Assembly (NCBI GenBank): GCA_046726015.1
Contig: JBKOZS010000085.1
Span: 9,953-73,952 of the forward strand
Direction: 5' to 3'
Origin: Acidobacteriota bacterium
Lineage (GTDB): Bacteria; Acidobacteriota; Vicinamibacteria; Vicinamibacterales; 2-12-FULL-66-21
Length of the DNA: 64,000 nt
Of the stretch, positions 27,312 to 34,801 are shown one piece after another. The notes below the pieces were generated by a model. It had not been told where the DNA came from, searched no databases, and saw only the letters and a list, made by a program, of their open reading frames with translations. A program made the position numbers and the translations under genes. How positions within the stretch are numbered: position 1 is the first letter of the stretch; each line of letters begins with the position of its first letter.

Positions 27312-28201
27312 ACGAGAACGCGTCGGCGCACACGGTGCGCGCCTACGACAGCGATTTGTCGCAGTACTTGGCGTTTCTTGCCTCGCATCTCGATCGTCGT
27401 GTCTCCGACCTGACGCCGGCGGACCTCGACCATCTGAACGCGCGCGCCTTCCTGGGCGATCTGAATCGCCGGGGCAATTCCAAGGCGTCGGCGGCGCGCA
27501 AGCTGTCCGCGATTCGCGCATTCGGCCGCTATCTCCGCCGTGAAGGCCTCCTCGAGGGCGACCCCGCCGCACTCGTCGGCACTCCGAAGCGCGAGCAGCG
27601 CATCCCCGCGCACCTTGCCGTCGACGAAATGTCGAAACTCCTCGAGATGCCGGATACCAGCGATCCACTCGGCCGCCGCGACAAGGCGATCCTCGAGCTG
27701 TTCTACGCATCGGGTCTGCGCTTGAGCGAGCTGGTTAGTCTGGATCTGGATGACGTCAACCTCTCTGGACGCGTGGTCCGCGTGCTCGGCAAGGGGCGCA
27801 AAGAGCGGATCGTTCCCTTCAATCGAACGGCGGCTGAGGCATTACGCGCGTGGCTGGCCGATCGCGAGACGTTACGAGCACCGGCCGCTCGAAAGTCTCC
27901 CGTTCTGCGGACTAACCGCGGCCGTGAACCGCTGTTCCTGAACTACCAGGGAAGCCGGCTGTCGACGCGCGGTGTCGATAAGCTCGTGCGACGCTACGTC
28001 GCCGCCTGCAGCACCCGTTTCGGCATCAGTCCGCATGCCTTACGCCACTCCTTCGCCACGCATCTGCTCGAGGCAGGAGCTGACCTGCGCGCCATCCAGG
28101 AGCTCCTCGGCCACGCACGCCTGAGCACGACGCAACGCTACACGCACGTCAACGCCGCCCAGCTGCTCGATACTTACAGAAAAGCCCACCCGAAGGCCTG
28201 A
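27266..28201 (+). CDS. xerC: tyrosine site-specific recombinase XerC/XerD family
   Basis: 'AHTVRAYDSDL', 'LRHSFATHLLEAGADLRAIQELLGHARLSTTQRYTHV'. Position after topA-trmFO matches the codV/xerC context. Confidence 0.8.
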   Translation: MVREHLKDFLEHLRLNENASAHTVRAYDSDLSQYLAFLASHLDRRVSDLTPADLDHLNARAFLGDLNRRGNSKASAARKLSAIRAFGRYLRREGLLEGDPAALVGTPKREQRIPAHLAVDEMSKLLEMPDTSDPLGRRDKAILELFYASGLRLSELVSLDLDDVNLSGRVVRVLGKGRKERIVPFNRTAAEALRAWLADRETLRAPAARKSPVLRTNRGREPLFLNYQGSRLSTRGVDKLVRRYVAACSTRFGISPHALRHSFATHLLEAGADLRAIQELLGHARLSTTQRYTHVNAAQLLDTYRKAHPKA

Positions 28202-28278
28202 CGGAAATCGTCACTTGACGGGGACCTCTGGGGGCAGCATGATCGCCTCCCCAACCGGGTGTCTCCCGGAGACGGACG

Positions 28279-29091
28279 ATGCGCAGGCTGCTGCGGGTTG
28301 CGTTAGCGTTCGAGTGTCTCCTGCTGACCGGCCGCGTCGCGACCGCGCAGGACGCACCACTTCTTCCGTCCACGCCGATTCAGATCTCGATCAGTCGTCC
28401 GCTTCAGCTCTCCGAAGACCAACTGCAGGAGCTCGAGCAGTGGATCGACGACATGGCGAAGTGGCAGCGCGACGAAAAGCGCTGGCCCAATTCACCAGCG
28501 CACGATGCGTATGGTCGCATCATTGTGCGGCGTCCGCAGCCAGCGCCGCCCGAGTGGCTCGACCGCGTGTGCACGGGGCGCGATGAAGCATCGCTCTCGC
28601 TGCTGCCGCCGAGATTAGCGGAGGCGTGCCGCCTCCTCGCGAGCCGATCGATGGATCCGAAAGCGCAGGCGATTCAGCAGCAGACGCAGACCGCCCGTGC
28701 CAGCAAAGAGAAGCTGACGAAGACGTCGTTTCTCTCACGCGTGCACCTCGACGGACTCTGGACGACCACGTCATCGGACGTGCGGTTCTACGGACTCGTC
28801 GGTTCGCACATCAGCCTTGTCGATGTCGGCCGCGTGCAGTTCTTCGGCCCTCCTGGCGTCCTGCTGCTCTCGGTCCCCGATGGCAGGGGTTCCCGGCAGA
28901 TCCGCGTGGGCTATACGTGGGGAATGAGCGTGCGGCTGGCAGACGTACGGTTGTTCGCGCCGCGGAAGAACGCGACGTTGTTCCTGACGGTGACCAAGTG
29001 CTGGACGGTGGGGAGCAACATCGATCGCCTGGGTTCCGGCGGATTCGATATCGCCGGTCTCTCGATCGCGCCGCGAAAGAACCGGCAGTAA
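28279..29091 (+). CDS. hypothetical secreted protein
   Basis: Signal peptide 'MRRLLRVALAFECLLLTGRVATAQD'. No family recognised. Confidence 0.5.
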   Translation: MRRLLRVALAFECLLLTGRVATAQDAPLLPSTPIQISISRPLQLSEDQLQELEQWIDDMAKWQRDEKRWPNSPAHDAYGRIIVRRPQPAPPEWLDRVCTGRDEASLSLLPPRLAEACRLLASRSMDPKAQAIQQQTQTARASKEKLTKTSFLSRVHLDGLWTTTSSDVRFYGLVGSHISLVDVGRVQFFGPPGVLLLSVPDGRGSRQIRVGYTWGMSVRLADVRLFAPRKNATLFLTVTKCWTVGSNIDRLGSGGFDIAGLSIAPRKNRQ

Positions 29092-29092
29092 C

Positions 29093-29190
29093 GGCTCAGG
29101 GCTTATCACTCATGGCTTATGGCGGCTCAGGGCGCTAAGCCGGTTCGACACGTGAGCCGGCTTAAGCCCTGAGTCTTTGAGCCTTGAGTC
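29093..29190. repeat. heptad-periodic hairpin repeat (GGCTCAG/GGCTTAT family) between convergent genes
   Basis: ggctcag ggcttat cactcat ggcttat ggc. Stem ctcagggcgctaagccgg / ccggcttaagccctgag at 29126-29173. Confidence 0.75.
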
Positions 29191-30591
29191 CTATGCTGGC
29201 TGCGGTTCGACGATCCGGCGCCCTCTCGGATACTCGATTGCGAGCGTCTTGATCTTGTAGTTCATCACGCGCGGGCTGATCGCCAGCAGCTCCGCGGCGT
29301 CCTTCTGCACCCAGTTCGACATCTTCAGCGCCTCGATGAGCGCCTGCCGCTCGATCTCTTCGAGCGGAATGCCGGTGGGCGGGATTTTCACGACCGGGCT
29401 GCCATCGCTCGACGGTGCGCTGGTCGACAGTTCACCGAGGCGCAGGTCCGTGTTCGTCAGCTGCGGACCTTCCGTCAGGAGGATCGCGCGCTCGATCGCA
29501 TTCTCGAGCTCACGGATGTTGCCCGGCCAGTTGTAGCGCATCAACAGCTTGAGCGCGTCGGGCGACAAGCCGTCGACCTTCTTCTTCAATTCGCCGGCGA
29601 ACCGGCGCAGGAAGAATCCTGCGAGCTGCGGGATGTCGTCCTTGCGCTCGCGCAGAGGCGGCATGTCGATCGACACGACGTTCAGCCGGTAGTAGAGGTC
29701 CTCGCGGAACTGGCCGCTCGCCACCATTTGCGGCAGGTTGCGGTTCGTTGCCGTGATGACGCGGACGTCGACACGCAGCGTGCGCGTGCCGCCGAGGCGC
29801 TCGAACTCGTGCTCCTGGAGCACGCGCAGGATTTTTGCCTGCGTGTTCGCGCTCATGTCGCCGACTTCGTCGAGGAACAGCGTGCCGCCGTCCGCCTGTT
29901 CGAAGCGCCCGACGCGCTGCTTGTCCGCGCCGGTGAACGCCCCCTTCTCGTGACCGAACAGTTCGGACTCGAGCAGGTTCTCCTGCAGCGCCGCGCAATT
30001 GACCTTGACGAAATTACGTCCCGCGCGCAGCGAGTTGTGATGGATCGCGCCGGCGATGAGCTCCTTACCCGTTCCCGTTTCGCCGCGGATGAGGACCGTC
30101 GTGTTGCTCTTGGCGACCTTCTTCACGATCGCGAGCACCGACTGCAGCGCGCCGCTCGCGCCGACGATGCGGTCGAAGTCGTAGATGTCCTGCTGCGTGT
30201 GACGGAGGTACTCGATCTCGTGCTTGAGACGGCGGTGCTCGATGGCCTTCTCGACCTTGAGCTCCATCTCCTCGATCTCGAACGGCTTCTGCACGTAGTC
30301 GAACGCGCCGATCTTCATCGCTTCGACTGCCGTGTGCACCGATCCGAACGCCGTCATGAGGATCACGGCGGTGGTCGGGTGAAGCGACTTGGCCGTGCGC
30401 AACACGTCGAGCCCGTCACTGCCGCCCATCTTGAGATCGCTCAGCACGACATCGTACTGGCCTTCGTGAAGCCGCTCGATTGCGACGTTGCCGTTCGGCG
30501 CCTCGTCAACTTCGTGATGCGCGTCTGACAACGCCCGAACGATCCCGCGTCTGAGCGAGTCGTGATCGTCGGCGACAAGAATCCGTCCCAT
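29191..30591 (-). CDS. NtrC-family sigma-54-dependent response regulator (REC-AAA+-Fis HTH)
   Basis: 'ILVADDHDSL...DVVLSDLKMGG', 'GETGTGKE', 'ESELFGHEKGAFTGA', 'LFLDEV', 'WPGNIRELEN'. Confidence 0.9.
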   Translation of the reverse strand: MGRILVADDHDSLRRGIVRALSDAHHEVDEAPNGNVAIERLHEGQYDVVLSDLKMGGSDGLDVLRTAKSLHPTTAVILMTAFGSVHTAVEAMKIGAFDYVQKPFEIEEMELKVEKAIEHRRLKHEIEYLRHTQQDIYDFDRIVGASGALQSVLAIVKKVAKSNTTVLIRGETGTGKELIAGAIHHNSLRAGRNFVKVNCAALQENLLESELFGHEKGAFTGADKQRVGRFEQADGGTLFLDEVGDMSANTQAKILRVLQEHEFERLGGTRTLRVDVRVITATNRNLPQMVASGQFREDLYYRLNVVSIDMPPLRERKDDIPQLAGFFLRRFAGELKKKVDGLSPDALKLLMRYNWPGNIRELENAIERAILLTEGPQLTNTDLRLGELSTSAPSSDGSPVVKIPPTGIPLEEIERQALIEALKMSNWVQKDAAELLAISPRVMNYKIKTLAIEYPRGRRIVEPQPA

Positions 30592-30603
30592 AGACTCCTC
30601 TCC

Positions 30604-31803
30604 CTATCCAAACAGCTCGTGCTGGGTCTTGACGGGCAACGTGACGCGGAAGAGCGTGCCGCCTCCGGGGCGCGTGCCAACATCGATGCGGCCGTCATGC
30701 GCATCGACGATCTTGCGGACGATCGCCAGCCCCAGCCCCGAACCCTGCGGCTTGGTGGTGAAGAAGGGGCTGAAGATGCGATCCATGACCTCCGGCGGCA
30801 CGCCGGGGCCGTCATCCGTGACCGCGATCTGCACCATTGGGCCGGCGTTGTCCACGCCGGGCGCGGGCTCTTCGCCCGCGAGCGCCGCCGCGACGATCTC
30901 CACCTGTCCGCCGCCCGTCATCGCTTCAAAGGCGTTGGTGACGAGGTTGGTGAAGATCTGCCGCAACTGGTGCGGATCGCCCTGGATTGGCGGCAGGTTC
31001 TCGGGCACCGATACCCGGACCTGGACTCTTCCTTTGGGTGCGTGGGTTTCCGCCATCGAAACGGCATCGCGCACGACATCGGAGACCGCGATGTTCTCGA
31101 CTTGCAGGCGGATGGGACGCACGAACTCGAGGACCTCGAGCACGATGGCGTTTGCCATCTTGGCTTCTTTGATGATGTCGCCGAGAATCGTCTGCGCGTC
31201 GGGCGAGTCGAGCAGCTGACGCTTGAGGATCCCCGCCATCACTTCGATCCCCGCGAGCGGGTTCTTCACTTCGTGGGCGATCGCCGCGGCCATTTCCCCG
31301 AGCGCCGCGAGCCGATCGCGCAACCGCTCGCGCTCTTCAAGTTGCTCGACGCGGGTCAGATCCTTGAAGAATAACGTGGCGCCGGCCACGCGGCCGCGCT
31401 TGTCGCGCACGTGCGACAGCGTGTAACCGATGACCTTCCCGGTTCGCTTCAGCCGCAGCTCGGCGCGGTTGGGAAGGTGGGAGATATCGAAAGCCCCTCC
31501 GACAATGCGGCAGACGTCCGGCACTTCCTTCAACACTTCCGAGAACGGACGGCCGATGTCGGACTGCCTGGGCTTGAGGCCGAGCACGCGGTATGCGATC
31601 TCATTCATGACGGCAACGCGGCCGTCGCGCGTGATCGCGACCACGCCGTTCCGAAGGTTCCAGACGAGGTCGCGGTAAAAGCCCTCCGGCACAACCGCCG
31701 CGTCAGCCAGCTTGCGTCCAGGTGGCTTGCGCGCGGGCGTTTTACGGCGCGCCCCGCGCGGGGCCGACGGTTTCCGCCGGACGCGAGTCGTTTTGCTCGG
31801 CAT
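30604..31803 (-). CDS. sensor histidine kinase (PAS-HisKA-HATPase_c), apparently cytoplasmic
   Basis: H-box 'AAIAHEVKNPLAGI', 'NLVTNAFEA', 'DDGPGV', 'GSGLGLAIVRKIV'. Start chosen at ATG 31803 (GAGG 8 nt upstream). Alternative starts at 31842 and 31884. Confidence 0.8.
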   Translation of the reverse strand: MPSKTTRVRRKPSAPRGARRKTPARKPPGRKLADAAVVPEGFYRDLVWNLRNGVVAITRDGRVAVMNEIAYRVLGLKPRQSDIGRPFSEVLKEVPDVCRIVGGAFDISHLPNRAELRLKRTGKVIGYTLSHVRDKRGRVAGATLFFKDLTRVEQLEERERLRDRLAALGEMAAAIAHEVKNPLAGIEVMAGILKRQLLDSPDAQTILGDIIKEAKMANAIVLEVLEFVRPIRLQVENIAVSDVVRDAVSMAETHAPKGRVQVRVSVPENLPPIQGDPHQLRQIFTNLVTNAFEAMTGGGQVEIVAAALAGEEPAPGVDNAGPMVQIAVTDDGPGVPPEVMDRIFSPFFTTKPQGSGLGLAIVRKIVDAHDGRIDVGTRPGGGTLFRVTLPVKTQHELFG

Positions 31804-31843
31804 CAAGGGAGCCTCGAACCCCGGGAGGAGCTCGGGCGACATA

Positions 31844-31872
31844 ATTGTAAGTGCCCCGGCCTGTCGAGCCAA
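31844..31872 (-). promoter_or_regulatory. sigma-70-like promoter candidate (TTGGCT-N17-TACAAT, minus strand)
   Basis: The reverse complements of agccaa (31867-31872) and attgta (31844-31849) sit upstream of the kinase start. Confidence 0.4.
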
Positions 31873-32103
31873 GCTCTTTTGCATGTTACAGATAAGATGT
31901 CGAGCCCCGGGAAAAGCGCCGCTGCCGCCGTAATCGGAACGGAGACACGCACAGTTCGGGATGCTCGAGCTAGGCTCGCAGGGGCAAACGGTATGCCCTG
32001 CAGGATCCAGGGCGGATCTGCGAAATCCTGCGGAAAACAGGTGAGGTGGGAGGCTCTCGAATGGTTGAGCCTGTAACAATTTTGAGCGCCGATTACACTT
32101 CTG

Positions 32104-32391
32104 TTACACTTCTGTCTCTGACTGAAGCGTTTCCCACTGATGCATCAGGTCTCCGACTTCCCACATCAGAGTCTGATGCCGGTCGATGACCGGTTTGGCG
32201 GCGTCGTGGTTCTCGTAGAACCCCGGGGCCGACATCGTCGACTCGAGGTCCTTGATGGCCTGCTCACGCTCGGCAATACGGCTTTCGAGGTCCTGGATCC
32301 GCCGCTGGCGGGATTCCGCCTGCTTGCGCAGGCGCCGCTGCTCCGAATCTGTCCGCTTTTTCTCCTCGTAGGAGACGGGCTGGGGTCTTGA
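32104..32391 (-). pseudogene. in-frame continuation of the ABC-F gene past a TAA: encodes the ABC-F C-terminal coiled-coil domain (95 codons, no start codon of its own)
   Basis: Manual translation immediately after the TAA (32392-32394): SRPQPVSYEEKKRTDSEQRRLRKQAESRQRRIQDLESRIAEREQAIKDLESTMSAPGFYENHDAAKPVIDRHQTLMWEVGDLMHQWETLQSETEV*. Confidence 0.75.
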
Positions 32392-34071
32392 TTATGCCGG
32401 GAGTTCCTTTTCGTTCTGTGGCGCCGTTCGCGGTGCTGGAGCCGGCGGTGCGGTCTGCACAGCCTCGCGGTTCTTCTTGCTCCAGAGAAACTCTTCGTAG
32501 TTCCCCGGATAGACGACGGCGTCGCCGTGGGCGATGTCGATGACCTTCGTCGCGAGCCTGTCGACGAAGTAGCGATCGTGCGAGACGAAGATCAGCGTGC
32601 CGCCGAAATCCTCGAGCGCTTCGAGAAGGACGTCCTTCGAATCCAGGTCGAGATGGTTCGTCGGCTCGTCGAGCAGCAGCGTGTTGGCCGGACGGAGCAG
32701 CATGCGCGCGACGGCGAGTCGCGTGCGTTCACCTCCGGAGAGCACCCGCACCGGCTTCTCGATGTCGTCACCGGAGAAGAGGAACCCACCGAGGATCGTC
32801 CGGATGTGGGGGACCATGTGGATCGGAGAGTCCCCCGCGAGCGTCTGGTACACCGTAAGCGTGGGATCCAGCCGCGCCGCTTCGTCCTGCGCAAAGTACT
32901 GCATCACCACCTGGTGACCCTCGGTCCGCATGCCCGTGTCCGGCGCTTCGACCCCCGACAACATCCGCATCAGCGTTGACTTGCCGACACCGTTGGGTCC
33001 AAGCAGCGCGATGCGATCGCCACGCTCGATGTGCAGGTTCACGTCGGCGAAGACACGCTGCGTGCCGTAGGTCTTCCGCACGTGCTTCAGATCGAGCACC
33101 GTTCGGCCGCTCTTCTGGCACTGCGGGAAATGAAAGTGCACGCGCTTTCGTTCGGGCGGGATCTCGATCGGGACGATCTTCTCGAGCATCTTGATCCGGC
33201 TCTGTACCTGCGCGGCTTTCGTCGCCTGGTAGCGGAACCGGTTGATGAACGCGCGCATGCGCTCGAGCTCTTCGTCCTGCTCGTGTTTCTGCTGCCGGAG
33301 ACGCTCCATCCGCGCGTCGCGTTCTTTGATGTAAGCGGAGTAGTTCCCGACGTAATCCGTCAGCGTTCGCAGGCCGATCTCGGTAATGCGCGTGACGACG
33401 GCGTCGAGAAAGAAGCGATCGTGCGAAACCAGGATGACCGCGTGGGGATATGACGTGAGGTATTCCTCGAGCCAGTTGCGCGCATCGAGATCGAGATGGT
33501 TCGTCGGCTCGTCGAGCAGCAGCAGCCCCGGTCGTCCGAGCAGCAGCCGCGCCAGCGCGATGCGCATCTGCCATCCGCCGGAGAACGTCTCGGTGCGCTT
33601 GTCGAGGTCTGCTTCGGAGAAGCCAAGCCCGCGCAGCACCGTCGTCACCTTCAGCTCGATGCTGTAACCCTCGCTGCGCCGGAATGTCTCCTGGAGCTCC
33701 GCGTAGCGCGTCAGCATTGCCTCATGATCCGCCTCGGATTCGTCGTCGTCGCCGAGGCGCTCTTCGAGTTGCGCGATCTCAGCGCGCAGGTCGAGCAGCG
33801 GCTTGAACGCGAGCGATGCTTCTTCGCGCAGCGTATGTCCGCTGTGGACGAGGCCATCCTGCGGCAGATATCCGATGGTGAGCCCTGCTGGCTTCACGAT
33901 CAGTCCGCCATCCGGCTCGTCCAGTCCCGCCAGCATCCGCAGGAGCGTCGTCTTGCCCGCCCCGTTTGGCCCGCTGAGGCCGACGCGTTCGCGGTCGTCG
34001 ATTTGCCACGTGACGCTGTCGAGCAGGACGCGGTCGCCGAATGATTTACTCAGGGTCGAAAGCTGGATCAA
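32392..34071 (-). CDS. ABC-F family ATPase (Uup/YheS-like translation-factor type), ending at a premature-looking TAA
   Basis: Two ABC modules: 'GPNGAGKTTLL'/'LSGGWQMR'/'LLLDEPTNHLD' and 'GPNGVGKSTLM'/'LSGGERTR'/'LLLDEPTNHLD'. No transmembrane domain. Confidence 0.9.
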   Translation of the reverse strand: MIQLSTLSKSFGDRVLLDSVTWQIDDRERVGLSGPNGAGKTTLLRMLAGLDEPDGGLIVKPAGLTIGYLPQDGLVHSGHTLREEASLAFKPLLDLRAEIAQLEERLGDDDESEADHEAMLTRYAELQETFRRSEGYSIELKVTTVLRGLGFSEADLDKRTETFSGGWQMRIALARLLLGRPGLLLLDEPTNHLDLDARNWLEEYLTSYPHAVILVSHDRFFLDAVVTRITEIGLRTLTDYVGNYSAYIKERDARMERLRQQKHEQDEELERMRAFINRFRYQATKAAQVQSRIKMLEKIVPIEIPPERKRVHFHFPQCQKSGRTVLDLKHVRKTYGTQRVFADVNLHIERGDRIALLGPNGVGKSTLMRMLSGVEAPDTGMRTEGHQVVMQYFAQDEAARLDPTLTVYQTLAGDSPIHMVPHIRTILGGFLFSGDDIEKPVRVLSGGERTRLAVARMLLRPANTLLLDEPTNHLDLDSKDVLLEALEDFGGTLIFVSHDRYFVDRLATKVIDIAHGDAVVYPGNYEEFLWSKKNREAVQTAPPAPAPRTAPQNEKELPA

Positions 34072-34259
34072 GGGAAGTGCTTACCGCAAACTGCACACTG
34101 TCAATCGGTTAGGGCTTCACGGCGGTATTATTTTAGCACACGGTACGGACCCTTCCCGGCCGCAGCCCGGCTGTCCATAACCGCAGGCGACGGCAGCTTT
34201 CGTATCCGGATGTCGCCAGTTGTCAGCTGCTGTCGTCTCGACCTGTGTCTCTCAAGGCA

Positions 34260-34288
34260 TTGGCCAGAAACGGCTGGGCTCGTAAGAT
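34260..34288 (+). promoter_or_regulatory. sigma-70-like promoter candidate (TTGGCC-N17-TAAGAT)
   Basis: Lies 16 nt upstream of the 34304 start. Confidence 0.3.
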
Positions 34289-34303
34289 CGCGGCACCCCA
34301 GCA

Positions 34304-34792
34304 ATGCGCACGCTCCCTGCGGCGCTCACGTCGCTTGTACTCGGGTTGAGCCTGGCCACCTCGGACGCCAGTGCGGCCGAGACAGCGACGGCGAGCGTCA
34401 CCGTAAACGTCCATGTCGCGTCGAGGACGTCGCTCAAGGTTTCGAGCCAGGTCCTCCGCTTCGATGTGGTCGAGCCTGGCGGCGAGGCGACCGCCTCAAT
34501 CGACTTCACCGCCGCCGCGCGAGTACCAGCGGGCGCTGACGTCGTCTTGACCGTTGAGCCGATCCGGCAGACGAACCATCAAGGGCTCGCGGCGCAGGCA
34601 GTGTCTTCGTCCACCACGTTTGCCGGCCAGGGTGAGGGCATGCTGGCGGGCGCTATCGATGCGCGAGCCGCGTCGGTGGCCGGACGCTGGTGCGGCAGCG
34701 GACGGCGTCAGGGACGAATCCTCTTCAAGATGCGCGCGAACGCGGCAGGGCGCTACATGATGCCCGTGCGCTTCGTACTGTCCACCCCGTAG
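34304..34792 (+). CDS. secreted fibre-subunit-like protein, divergent fourth paralogue (P4)
   Basis: Signal peptide. Shares 'VTVNVHVA' N-terminal strand, 'GRWCGSG' and the C-terminal 'GRYMMPVRFVLSTP' with the three proteins at 38189-39698. Confidence 0.6.
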   Translation: MRTLPAALTSLVLGLSLATSDASAAETATASVTVNVHVASRTSLKVSSQVLRFDVVEPGGEATASIDFTAAARVPAGADVVLTVEPIRQTNHQGLAAQAVSSSTTFAGQGEGMLAGAIDARAASVAGRWCGSGRRQGRILFKMRANAAGRYMMPVRFVLSTP

Positions 34793-34801
34793 TTTCGAGA
34801 A

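Noticed and set aside
27266-28201. xerC plus the HNH gene plus excisionase-type HTH genes as signs of a prophage or integrative element
   Set aside because: xerC sits in its conserved topA-trmFO context. The HNH gene is 23 kb away among housekeeping genes. The excisionase-type HTHs are a response-regulator domain and its paralogue. No phage structural, transposase or conjugation genes are present.
29135-29165. tRNA-like 'GGTTCGA' T-arm motif
   Set aside because: The motif sits in the loop or stem of the heptad hairpin repeat. No acceptor stem, D-arm or anticodon arm can be built. No other intergenic region shows a cloverleaf.
32140-32391. 83-aa plus-strand ORF listed in the track
   Set aside because: It is the antisense of the segment that encodes the ABC-F C-terminal domain in frame on the minus strand. 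The minus-strand reading has clear family features and the plus-strand one has none.
32392-32394. In-frame stop in the ABC-F gene as selenocysteine or pyrrolysine recoding
   Set aside because: The codon is TAA. Sec uses UGA and Pyl uses UAG, and no SECIS- or PYLIS-like context is expected for TAA. Error, nonsense mutation or generic readthrough remain the options.
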